This document shows, piece after piece, positions 23,388-35,701 of a DNA stretch of 64,000 nucleotides. The notes below the pieces were generated by a model that was not told where the DNA came from, searched no databases, and saw only the letters and a program-made list of their open reading frames with translations. This DNA comes from Basidiobolus meristosporus CBS 931.73. Taxonomy: Eukaryota > Fungi > Basidiobolomycota. Position 1 is the stretch's first letter; each line of letters begins with the position of its first letter. Made by a program: the position numbers and the translations under genes. The stretch spans positions 1 to 64,000 of the forward strand of contig MCFE01000396.1 in assembly GCA_002104905.1 (NCBI GenBank). The letters are read 5' to 3'.

Positions 23388-24125
23388 CTAGAGTTCAACT
23401 TCATTCTTCACCTTCTTATGGACTTGCTCTACTTTGGGGTTGCGGTTTGAAGAGGTGGCGTTGGTCAGTTTCTCGACGATGCTCTTGCTGTGGATGTTCT
23501 TCAGCTTCCAGGTGACGGATTTGGCGTTGGCTTCATATACGGAGCATTTGTCAGCAACCAGTCACTGAAAATAAACCTACGTGTATCTTACCAAACTCCA
23601 CAATAAGGGTGGGTCGAACCTTCTTTTCCGCGGGGGCGTTGGGGGCCTTGGCGGGCTTTGAAGCGGCGCTCTCCGCCACCTTCTTGGCAACCTGCTCGCT
23701 GACCTCAGCCTTGGGCTGCTCGACCGCTACAGCAGTGGTTTGCTCGACCGCCTCTGTCACGGGTTTCTCGGCTTCTGCAGCAGCGTTCTGCTCCTCTCTG
23801 GGCTTTCTCTCTCTAATGGGCTTGAACTTCACAGGGTTGTGTTTAATGATTTCAAAGGTGACACCAGGGTTGTGAAACTGCAAGCGGGGCAGGGCCTTTT
23901 GAAGGAATCTAGAAACATAACACGAGCGGTGTGGTTAACACGCGGGGAACTTGGTAATGGCTCGACCATCGGAAGAAAGGCTTGAGGGAATTACCTAACT
24001 GTGGGGGCGGGGTCTCTGGAACGATATTCAAAAGTCAGCTTTCTAATGTCGCTGTTGATTTTGGTGGCACCCACACCAAATTTGAGTCTGTTCACAAGCT
24101 TTTGGGCGTTAGGGAGTATCCTCAT
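23388..24125 (-). CDS. MRP49: Mitochondrial ribosomal protein of the L51/S25/CI-B8 family (Mrp49/mL61-like), 3 exons
   Basis: MRILPNAQKLVNRLKFGVGATKI...R|FLQKALPRLQFHNPGVTFEI...PTLIVEF...KNIHSKSIVEKL. Two GT-AG introns join in frame. Confidence 0.7.
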
Positions 24126-24530
24126 GGTCGATGTTCAGGAGAGCTTGTTTGACAATAGGACGGTGACCGAAATTACTTGAAGTAATCCTCGAAAATCGAG
24201 TGACAGAGGGAAAAATTTTACCTACCGCCTCATCAATCTTGGTTCCCCACTATAAATCCATCCTCATTTGGATACCCTTCCACCGGCCTGACGTCTCACC
24301 CAAGCCCATTTGGAGAGACGGACTGACATTCCTATGTCTACCATCGCACAATACTCTATTCTGGAACGTGCCAGCACTCTCACAGGACACGTTTCGTGCG
24401 TAATATTATGAAGTAACGGGAACAAGATGTATTTGAAAAGCTTCACTGAAATAAGCAATTTTATATCACGTACACAGACACTGACCACTTCAGAAGAATA
24501 GTGAAAAAAGGTGTTGCCATAGTGAATAGT

Positions 24531-25051
24531 TTACTTGAGGGGAACAAAACGGGAAGAGTTGGTGGCACCGATACCGGGACGACCGTGCTTGACGGGCTTG
24601 TAGGTGATGGAGAATTCGCCAAGGTAGTGACCAATCATTTCGGGCTTGATTTCGACCTGGTTGAAGGTCTTTCCGTTGTAAACACCAACGACGGAGCCGA
24701 TCATCTCGGGAACGATGATCATGTTACGAAGGTGGGTCTTGACGGTTTCGGGCTTCTCGTTGGGGGCAGCCTCCTTCTTGGCCTTTCTCAACTTCTTGAT
24801 GAGACCCATGGGCTTGCGCTTGAGACCGCGGTTGAACTTTCTGCGGGCACGGCAGTGGACGAGCTCCATGAATTGCTCGCTGGACAAGTCCAAGAGTTGG
24901 TCGAGGTCGACACCGCGGTAAGAGTACTTGCGGAAAGTTCTCTTCTTCTTGATCTCAACAGAGTTTTGGGCGTCGTGGTCAGCCTACATCAACGGAGGTT
25001 GAGGATGAGTATGGATGGATGGCCATTCGAAGCCAAAGGATAGCTTACCAT
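24531..25051 (-). CDS. RPS15: 40S ribosomal protein S15 (uS19); first exon is the ATG only
   Basis: ATG|GTAAG...TAG|GCTGAC; [20 protein letters not shown]...[15 protein letters not shown]...[17 protein letters not shown]. Confidence 0.97.
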
Positions 25052-25457
25052 TGTTACGTAAATTCGGAAACAAAGTCCAAGAGGATTCAATCGATTCTCA
25101 AGAATCCCTATTTTATTCACCACCACCACCACTGGATCACCGTCCCGACATCACAGCAAAAAATTTCCCCGTCCGTCCAATCAGGTAGGATGATTCGAGG
25201 GGGATTTTTTCTTCGGCCGTTTGTGGATTTCGATCAGTTTATTTCAAAATTGCCGGGTCCACGGGTATGCTTCGTGTGGAAGTGGTTGACAACGTGTAGG
25301 GATGGAATCATGTGGCGGGAGGGGGTGGTGCTTAGAGCGGGTTTGGGTGGAAATGCTTCTACGGAATGGTTCAGGATGAATGTGATTCCGTCATAGATTA
25401 TATAATCAATGTGAATGCTAGCTCTAAATATTATTCCAAAAATAATCAGTTTGTATT

Positions 25458-28400
25458 TCACATCCCGGTCTCGTCCATGGTGGTCCACGCGGCGGTCATC
25501 GAGGATGGTCTGTCCACCACATAGCTGGCAGGAAACACCCCCTGGGAAAGCTGGGCCCCATCGCCATGGTCGATAATCCCCATCCACCATATGTCGTCCG
25601 TGTTATCGATGACATAGATTTTATCGCCGGCCTGGAATTCCAGCTCTCCATGCTCTCGGGCGTTGAAGGGGAACTTGGCATAGTAGACCTGGTACCTATC
25701 TGGAGTGATGACGGTGCCTGCGTCCGCACCCGCGGCCATCTTATCCTCCGACATGATTGATGCGTCCAGTGTTGGCGAGGTGGAGTTATGCTTTTCGGAT
25801 ATACCAGGAGAGCGGTCTGCTAACCAAGGCGGCCGAGGTTCCTGGCCCCAACGCATGATGCTCGTTCTGGCTCTTTTCCAGGCCAGAGGTACTGGCACCT
25901 ACCGCCTGTGACCTATACTGATCTGAATAATCTGACATGGCCCGGCTGCCAGTCGAGGCCATGCTGGTGATCACTCCATTGTCGTGCATGAGAGGTTTCT
26001 TGGCGTACAAAGCATTGGGATATGGGTATTTGGCGGCCCTCCTTTTCTTTCTCAAATAGATGGAGCCCAAGCCGATGAACAGGATGAAGAAGACGAGACC
26101 AAGAGAGCAGGCGACGGATACCAGCAAAACCAACGGCAGCGGAAGGTTGTTTTTGGCGGAGAAGGTGAGGGTGCTCTTCGTGAATGCTGACTTTATCATA
26201 CCGGGTGATCCATCCCGTTTGGAGGAGACGAGGAACGGGATCCATTCCTCTCCGTTGAAGAGGGCAGCACTTACATTTCCAAATTTCTCAAAGACAAGCG
26301 ATCCAACGACCAACAGTGCCGAACCTGTACTGGGTTCGGATTCGCTGGCGATCTTGACAACAACGTCGTTATCTGCGTTAGAGACGGACTTTGTAGGGAC
26401 GATGCTCATCCTAGCGATCTTACTGCTGGGTAGTGGACCGGTAGGTAGCGGGGAAAATTTGGCACCATCCCACTTTCGCATGTAACACTCCTCCTTGTCG
26501 TTTTGTCCTGAAATGTAGAACGCATTGTTACTTGTGTCCTGGATAATAGAGAGTGCTGCGCCCGGGAGAGTGTCCTCCCCCTTGGGCTCGATACGCTTCC
26601 ACGTGGACTTCTCGAAATCGTAGTGTGCCAAATATCCCTGGCCTGACGATAGTACGAAGTTTCCTACTGCGATGATGTCGCTACCGCTGACGATCATATC
26701 GGTTATTTCTCCTTCAACCCCCGAAGAGAGAGAGGTCCATTGCTTGTCCTTCATATCCCAGAGACATATGTTATTGCATTCCAAGGAGCCTGCTCGTTTG
26801 AACCACCCCGAGACAATAATGCTCGTGGTTCCGTGGCGCTGCCTAATGGCGTTGACCTTAATTGGCCCGTCGTCCTTAGGGTCGCGAGAGGAAGAGGATC
26901 CGAGGGAGGGAACGTCGGTCAAGCTGTTCGCTTTGAAATCCCAGATCGAGAATCCTTTGAACGGTGGCGTCGATGTGTTGTTCGACAGCCCTCCAATAAA
27001 CAATTGGTGTTCTGCAACATGCAGGCTGTAAACCTCTCCACCAACACCAGCCCCTATCCCCTTCCAAACCCCTTGGTCAAAGATGGCGAGATTTTGAACG
27101 CCCGATGAATGAAATCTTCCACCAATAATGGAGTAGCTTGAGTTCTGGCTCCGATCGTCGGCTGTGTAATAGGCCCCGCAGTTGACGATAGTATTCTCGG
27201 CGCCAGACTCAGGGCCGATGCCAAGTTGCTGAAAAGCTCCCTTGGAGTCCAGAGTAATGAAGCCGGGGGCTTGGATCGCCGCAGCGGAGGAGAACGCACC
27301 CGCCAAATAAAAGCCATCTACATGCGGGGTTGGGCTTTGGGATACAAGCGCCAGGGACGAACGAGAACGACCTGCAACATATGCAGGATTGACCCAGGAG
27401 TTGGCAGTAAAGTTCCAGGACGTGAAGCCGCTGGAGAATCTGTCAGGGTTTGAAGGGGTGTTGTTTCCGTAGATTACATTGAAATCACCAATGATTTGAA
27501 GCGCTTCTGAACCAGCAGGAACCAGTTTCACAACCTGGTCATTCACCCCGTTTCCAACCGGCAACCACTGTTCCCGGAGGATGTTGTAGCGGCCAATGTT
27601 GCGGATCGGCAGCGACGAGTTTCCGACCAGGCCGTCAAAATCCCCGCCAACTATCAATTCTCCGTTGATGAGGGTCATGGAGTTGACCGGACCTCTAGGG
27701 TAGCCGCCTGTAAACGGAACCAAGGCTTTGCGGTTGTATTTGACGATATTCGCGAACCTCGGTTCGCTAGCCCCTTGGAAATCCCCACCAATGAAAACTG
27801 TGGTGTTTGTGGGAACTATGGACTTGACCACTGAGTTTGCTGGTAGTGATTGCTGAAGCGGTCTGATGGGAATCCCTTCGATGACCGGCGCGGAGTCGGG
27901 AAAATATTCCACCACGCCATTGAGATTGTAGAGAGAGTTCATTTTCACAAATTGAATTGCATCGGCAACCAGCACGTTGCCTGCGTTGATCTTGCTATTC
28001 TTGGAAACGGTCATCACCACCTTGGGCTGAAATCCACCGACGAAGCAGTGACATAGCCCATGTAAAGTGGGACGATGGTGTCGAAGGTGCTGTTCTGGGC
28101 TATCGTGTTCGTCACGGGCTGCTTGGCAGACTTCGTCAGGGTCAAGGTGAAGTCGACCGGCACTCGGTTGTCACACTCGTTCTCGAAGCAACCAGGAATG
28201 GAGGCCCATATCTCGTAGTACCCGGACTCCGGGATGAATGGAGTGTACGTGACCGATGATTTGTTATCTCTACTATTTCGAATGGTGTACGAGAGAACCT
28301 CTTTAGACGAGTCTACCTGGGCCTGGCTTTCCCAAATCCCAGTCAGGGAAACGCCGGAATTAGTGGACAGCGAGGCAGGAGAGCATGATGGGTAGTTGAG

Positions 28401-29818
28401 CTCTTTGATGGCGTGAGTGACAATCTCTGTGAGGGAAGGTATAGGTTAAGTTAGCTGATTCTTCCCAAGGGCATATATCCCGACACTTACCGCTTTGATA
28501 CAGTTGGATTTTCCCTAGGCCACCTCCGGCCCCGTACCAGCTTAGTATCTCGAGATTGATCCCGCTGACCGTGAAAGGCCTACTGCCCTGAACAATACGA
28601 AACTCCTGAAAGGGGAGGTTAGGATCATGGTTTAGTGGGCATTCGCTGGAGCAGGCTACTGTTTGTTGAGTAATAGGGTCATAGTACGTGAGTGGAATGA
28701 TAAGATTGTCGGGGAAGCTCAGCAACCTGAAGAGAGATCAATCAGTGGAAAAGCTCGCGAGTGTGTCGATACGAGATGCCTACCGAAATGTCTTTGTTCC
28801 CCTTCCCTCGTAATTAGTGTTCTTGATACGAAGTAGGCTTGGGGTGATGGTGACGGGAAACTGGGCCCACCAATATCCAGGCATGTTGTCGCGCATCAGC
28901 CAGATATTGTTAATTGCATCTGTGTTGCCGCCGCAGATGACATTACGTGGGTTGGAGAACCCAGATGTGCTTGCTGAATTTCCACCTGATATCTAAGCGA
29001 GAGAGAACTCGGATTAATCTTGTGAAGCGGGTGTCAATACTGTTGGTTGATCCACTCACCGAAGCATTGTTAAAGTTCACCTCTTGCGTGTTTGGAGCCA
29101 TATTCTGGATTCCATCTGCGGTAGAGTTGAAGCTGCCTCCAAAGAATAGGCTACTGGATGCACTGGATGCACCAATTGTATACACCGGCCCATTAAATCC
29201 TTTGAAATTAAATGCGGTCCAGTTTCCGTTGGTCCACTTCGCGATGGATCCCCCAAAAGTCGTTAGCAAGCTGTACTTGTCCAGAGGGTTGACTGGAACG
29301 GGAGCGACAAATGCTCCCCCGACATACACAATATTTCGACTGGGGTCACAATACATATCATACACCGGGCCGTCCAAACCTTTGATCAGCGGGGAAAAGG
29401 ACTTCGTTGACGGATCGTATAAGGCGATGTTGTTGACCTCCACCCCGCCAATATGAGTGAAATTTCCCCCAACATATATATACGCTTGGGGATCGGCGCC
29501 CCCTCCTCCCTTTGTGGAAGGCATGGAGCATAGGGAGTGGATCTTCCCACCAACCGAGGTGTATCCTATTAATTCTAGGGTATTCTTGGTCTTTCGAATC
29601 AGAGAATCTACATTTGGGTCCAGCGTCGAGACATTGCCGTTGGGGGAATAAGTTGAGATGCCATTGAACTGGCCGGTGATCTCTAGTTGGGAGAGAGACG
29701 AAAAATCGAGTACGACTTGGTTGCTTTGGGCCAGGCAGGGAAGGGTATATATGGAGAATAATATCAATAAACTAGACGTTCTGGTGGACAAATAGGGCTT
29801 TTTTCGAGTGGGGGACAT
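25458..29818 (-). CDS. RAX2: Rax2-like type I membrane polarity-landmark protein with a C-terminal SH3 domain; two apparent frameshifts (~28025 and ~25810)
   Basis: Signal peptide, then LDFSSLSQLEITGQFNGIS, repeated YVGGNF/GGDF beta-propeller blades, a TM helix LPLPLVLLVSVACSLGLVFFILFIGLGSIYL-RKKRR, and an SH3 (YYAKFPFNAREHGELEFQAGDKIYV...WWMG...GVFPASYV). Confidence 0.85.
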
Positions 29819-30319
29819 TCTATATAGTTTGGGAGACGTGTGAAAGCAGAGACGCTTACAGTCTGGTTCCGAGCAAAACGAACCTCTATTAGCAGGAAAA
29901 CTTGTGAAGACGGTATAGACTAGTGGAATGAAGAGGATATTGTGTGGCCTCTCATCTGCCTATGGGGGCGACAAAAATAGGCAAAATCAAAAGAGAAGTG
30001 ATACAGAAGCTCAGCAATATAAGGAAGACGAGGGAAAGTCAACAAAGTAGTGGAGAAAGAGCAGTCGGAAAAGATAGAACAATCGGTTGCTGAATGAATA
30101 TGCAGGTAAACAGTGGTAACCCAGATTCACAAAGCGGCAATCAATTGAAGAGTTTTCCGAGTGCATATTCCATGCGGGATGTAGTCTCATTGTATTGAGT
30201 GAATCTGCAGTATTCGACTTAATTCCCTAATCACTACGACGCCTTAAACGGTATTCTACACTGTATAAATTCCGACAATCACCTAGCCAAACAAACATTT
30301 CCTGATAAACAAAGTGGTA

Positions 30320-33300
30320 CTAATTAGCTTGCTTCCTAAAAAGTAACAAGGCCTGGAACAACTTTAAAGTAGCTTTGTCCCAATCACCCGAGTCGTCATC
30401 GCCCAAGAAAGCCCCGAATAAAGACAACAAGGAAATTAAGGGCCAACGTGATTTCTTCTGGAGCAAACAATATCTGATACCATCGGCAGGACAGGTTTCA
30501 TGATCAGCACTTGACGATAGTGATATGTGGTCTTGAAGCAACTGGTACATTAAATGGGTGATTGCTAGGTCAGGAGTACCATCCCGTTTAGGCTAGTTCG
30601 TGATGAATTTATTGTTCCGCAGCATCCATGCTAACAACAAGTCTATGCGACCACTAAACAACATAATTAGCAAGTTTACGATTCTACAATGGGATGGAGC
30701 AGCCGTTTTTCCAGTGCCTCTATCCCGATGATATCTTGGTCGAAAATGATTTGGTTGACCCATTCTATTTGTGCTTGATCGGCTTTGAGACGAAGATTTT
30801 CTTTGAGAATGGCTAGGCGATTCAGTGCCTCTTCGGTGCATCCCCGAACCAAATGGATGATATGAAGTGTGAGATGGAAGGCTGTCTGTCCCTGTTAACT
30901 AAATGCGTTAATACACGTCGTCGAAGAAGCTGATGAAAGCCCAGTACCAAGTGGTCGTGTCTCAAGCTATCGAAATTCTCCTTCTCCAGCTGAAGCAGAT
31001 CGATTGATGTGTTGAGACTATCCAAGTCAACTCCGTAGCTTCTCCACAGGCTCTCTACAATCCTCACAAATCGTAGCTCGTGGCTGGTTGGGTTGTCATC
31101 TGTGCCTTCACGTTCTATTGCCTCGTTTGTTTGGGGATTGTTTTCCAACATCCATTTTTCAACACCCAAGATCATTAAATACATCGAGCTTTTTTCAAAT
31201 GCGCACCTCTGGTAGATCTTTACCGCCTCAGAGAATTCCCCTCTTCGGTGCGACTCTAAGGCATATCGGAAGAGACGCTCTGAAGTGGAAGGATCCTCAA
31301 GTATTTCTGCCAGGTCGGCAGCTGATCGAAGTGCTGATAGGTCGTTCCGCCGGGCTATTGCGTTGATGGCATCACTGCTTAGTTTGGCGGCGAGATAGCT
31401 TCGATCAAAACATTAGTTAACAGTTTACCATCGATTAAAAGCAATTCCACATTGATGTTACCATTGACAGGCCTGCTCGTACAGCCCTTTTTGCTCCAAC
31501 TGTGCAGCCCATTTGCACAGAACCTCAGTGATCAGTGGGTCTTCACTTGACAACCGCAGCTTCGCAAGAATATAAGCCTCCCTGGCGGAATAGAATGCTT
31601 GGTGAAACTCCGCTCAAAAGCCGATAACCGTGGTTGCGCTTACTTGAACAACTCTGCTTCGAGGTATACTTTCACGGCCTCATATATACAAGAACATCCG
31701 ATGTAGAATATTACAGCAGTGTGGTAGTCACCAGATTTAGCAAGCTTGGAAGCGTAAGCCTGAAGAAAGCTCTTCCACATATCTTGTCCAGCTAGTAGAA
31801 AACAGTGAGTACATTAGGGGGTGAGTATCAAAGTAACCTCTATTACCCATAGGACTTAGTGCTACTAAGGGCATATGACTAAGTGAGGGGTTATCAGAGT
31901 TGAGAACATCTGTCAAAGCGCCTTCTATATTTCCTTGCCACACAAGCAACGGGAGCTGAAGGTCGGTGGTGTTTGGGTTTGTTTGCAATGCCTGGGCTAG
32001 AGATAGAAGGCAGATTTTAGAAAGGGATTATCAGGCAAAATGAGGGCCTAGAAGTTGCTATACACCTTCAATATCCAGAAGATTGAGCAACTCTCTTCTT
32101 TCGCCAAACAGCATCTCCACCATGTTTGTACTCTTTTTGTTGACAACGGGATCATCAAGATCTACACTTTGGTGCGCCCGTTTTTTGGCAAGATCTAAGC
32201 AATTTTGCTGCATGGTTTTTCGCGTCTCCGACATGAAGGCATTGCTGCTGCGTGGAAACATATTTGTTTTTCCCTTCTTTTCGTTGCTCCGCTTTTTTCT
32301 AGTCGAAGAAGCTGAGGCCAATGCGGGTGGTGGTTGCTTATTAATAGGGTCCTCAGGGATGTTTATTGGCGATGGTGGTGGTATATCAGCGGCTGTCTCC
32401 ATGCTTGGTCTTTCTGGTTCAGTCATGGTGGCCCTGATCTTCTTAGAAGAGTCGTCTGGATTTTCTTTGAAATAGTCAGAACCAAGTCAAGTATTGATGG
32501 AGCTGGGAGGGTAATGAAATTGCTTACTCTTGGTAAATGGATGCTCCGAAGCTTTCCAAAGGCATACCATCTGCTCGTCCATCCCTACAAAGATTTGGTC
32601 TGGGTCTAGTATGGACCATGTAGTGCACATGGCTCTCCCACACTCCGCCTGGAATTGGGCCAATTTCTCCCCGGTCATCACATTCCAAACCTGTACATTG
32701 AAGTGTTTAGAACCTATTGTTGGGGCAGAGTTGAATCAAGTAGAGCAATACCACACAAGACCCATCAAAGGAGGTCGAGGCAAGTTTGTAAGGATCGGAC
32801 CAAGACCAGCTCAAATCAGTGATGCCTTTTCGATGGCCACGTAGTAACTGGAACGACGAGGTTTGAGGAATAGGTACTTCAAACGTGTTAGTCTGTTAGC
32901 TATATGAGCAGAAGAAAGTAAATGCACCAACTATCGGTAGGCTCGGTCGCAGTGATGTCATGGATACAAACGGAGTTGTCATCGGATCCAGATGCAAGCC
33001 AGTATTTGATGGAATCTAGTGTTGAATGCAATGTATCAAGTCGGGTGTTCCGAAATCTCTGGCATATAGGCCTACCTGGCGAGCCGAGGGTTTCTGCTGG
33101 TACAGTGTGGACTCTCCATTTTAGCCTATTGATTGCCTGGCGTTGGCCATTGAACCGATATGTCAGCCTGAATGAGGGCAGGTGGTACACCTCAAGCGAG
33201 CCATCGGCATTACCTAATGCGAGAAAGCGACCCAAGGGGTCCAGGGCCACTTCGGAACGCTTCGGCAATGTCTGCTTTTTGTCCTTGGCACATAGATTAA

Positions 33301-35212
33301 TTCACCGCACGATACAGCAGGCCTAAGATGAACTCACCTGAACGGTGTGCATCCACTCTGGGTTGTTCTTCTCGACGAACTCGTTGACATTCTTCGATGG
33401 TTTATCAGGTCGCTTGGTCTCGCTTACCAAAACCTTCCCATCGCCACCACAAGTCAGCAATACCCACTCGTCGGATGGCTCGGCCTCGTCCAGGCTTGCT
33501 CTCTTACACCAATCGATAGAATAGACAGTAGATTTATGGTACGACTTGAAGGATTTGATCGTTTCGGTGTACACGTCAATCAGCCCGAAGTTTCCGGCAT
33601 CAGTGCCGTATGACAAGACCCCTTCTTCCGAGGGGTGCCATTTGAGCTAATGGATCAATATTAATCCAATGAAGACAAACAAGCACCGTCAAGTGGCAAA
33701 TACCCTGGTAATCTTTCCTTTCAAGCCCTTCCATATGAGCTTGGAGTCATAAGGCTTTTCTGGATCCATGTAGTTCCATACTCGGATGGTATTGTCCCCC
33801 AAGCCCATTGCTACTTTGGTTGGGTCTAGCTCGGACATGTCCAGAGAGTAGACAAACCCGCCTAAGCCTTGGATAAGCGTGGTTGGTCTCCTGCTTTCGG
33901 TGTTCCATAGAATAATCTGTATCTCGGGCGTTAGGTTGGAACGACCCCGCCATAAAACCATTGAAATACCTGTCGATCCATGGACGTCGTTATCATGCTC
34001 TGTCCGTTTCGCACAGGGACCATGCTGAACACACATCGTGAGTGGCCATCCTTAAACCGATCTTTAATCCACCTTTCATCCTTTGTATCGCATATGATAA
34101 TTTCCCCCCTAAACTAGACTAGTCAGCAACAGCTTGGTGAAAACAACCTAATGATAACCTACATGTATGAGCTGCAGATCAGCTTGTGTTGTGATTTGGG
34201 GTCCCACATCACCGATGTCCAAATACGCGATTTCTGCTGCTCAGTCAGATGGCCCTTTGCTTTAGGAAGCTTGAGGCAGAAGACTTGCCGCTCATTTGGC
34301 ACATCCCATACTTTGATACTTTTGTCACGGGAACCTGATGCCAAAGGCTTATACTCTGGGAGCAAGGTTACTTCAAGTATTGGTATGCCTGTACGCGCTG
34401 TAAGTACTCTACCAGCATTCGCTATATCCCAAGTGCTTGTCTGCCACGACAAAGAATGGATCTCGTCATCATGCCCCTTCAACCTATAAAGCACGCTCAT
34501 TTCCTCCTCGGTTGATATTTTAAGGATCAGCATAGATCCATTCTGGTAACTATTAAACGGGTTAGAAAACCACCCTTCTATACTAGAATCGTAACTCATC
34601 TTACCCAACCGCGAAAACATTACTGTGTGTGGGTGACGCCTCAATACAAAATATCGCCGAGTTTTGAAAATTCCCCTTTTGATACTTTTCAGTAGTTGGG
34701 TTCCAGGCGATAATACCCCCTGTTTTGTCTCCTGAAAAAGAACAGAAAATTTAGAAGCCTGCCCTTTCAACTAAGCTTGACGGAGTCTTAAACACCTGAC
34801 ACATAGAAATCTTCGTTGGTAGACCATGCCAGTGATTGAACTTCACTCTGTAAGAAAACATATCACTTCAGTTACCAACACCCAAAACCAAATCACTTTC
34901 TTGCTGTCTGCTAACCTTGTGCAACTCGTGAACACTAGATGTTGTTCGCTCTACCAAATCCCAACACTTTACTTTCTTATCACCACCAGCAGAAATACAA
35001 AATCTATCTAGCTTAGATGCCGCTATGGCATTGACTCGTACACTATGTGCGTACAAAAGCCCACGAAACTCTAGGGAAATTGCATCAAGTAGGATGATGG
35101 AGCTTCTGGCACCGTACAAAAATAGATCGGTGCTAGAGGAATAGCTGGAGACCTGCGAAGTATACCAGTTGGACGAAGGGGGGTATGCCTGGTACTTGCT
35201 TACAGCGGTCAT
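30320..35212 (-). CDS. GEMIN5: Gemin5-like WD40 plus TPR-like protein, multi-exon; 3' end uncertain
   Basis: N-terminal PPSSNWY (cf. Gemin5 PPSPNWY) and two WD40 propellers. TPR-like region LLVWQGNI...VALSPMAGQDMW...YEAVKVYLEAELFKEAYILAKLRL...KWAAQLEQKG parallels the Gemin5 dimerisation domain. Confidence 0.8.
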
Positions 35213-35701
35213 GGAAAGAAAAGCAAATTTCACTTGGTGAATCTCGACCGATGGCTAAATTCGAGATTCAGGCCAACATTGTGACTAAAAATAGGCAACA
35301 ATTCCCTCACGTATGATCCAATGACTGAGCACCCGGTCATTGTTTTGAGTAAACAATCTATCTAAAGCCAAGTCCTTTTCTTGCCAATGAAGCAGTAGTT
35401 GCCAAATTCGCGTGAAACGAGATCAATCATATTACTGGCTTAGTGACTGCCAATGACAGAATGTAGTAATTCGGCAAACAACCGTTCCCCTCTGTTTTAC
35501 CACATTCAAGTCATACGTGATCTTGATCACACATCACACTCTAAACGAAAGCCTATGTGTAAACAATGACTCCTTAAATAGTTCAATTATTATGAATCCA
35601 TTGATTACTCGAGGTACTGCTCCTATTAGTTACAGTTTTTTTTCTTAAATATATCGCGCTTGCTGGTGCCAACCTATCCCTCTCTCTCTCCTGTTGCTGT
35701 C

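Noticed and set aside
24501-25043. 180-aa plus-strand ORF; similarly 22585-22854, 32083-32475, 48779-49147 and 63329-63793
   Set aside because: Antisense shadows of RPS15, RPP2, GEMIN5, RAD23 and the arrestin respectively.
22542-25051. Three ribosomal-protein genes in a row on the minus strand (RPP2, MRP49-like, RPS15)
   Set aside because: Clustering of housekeeping genes in a gene-dense region. Each has its own promoter gap, and there is no evidence of a co-regulated unit.
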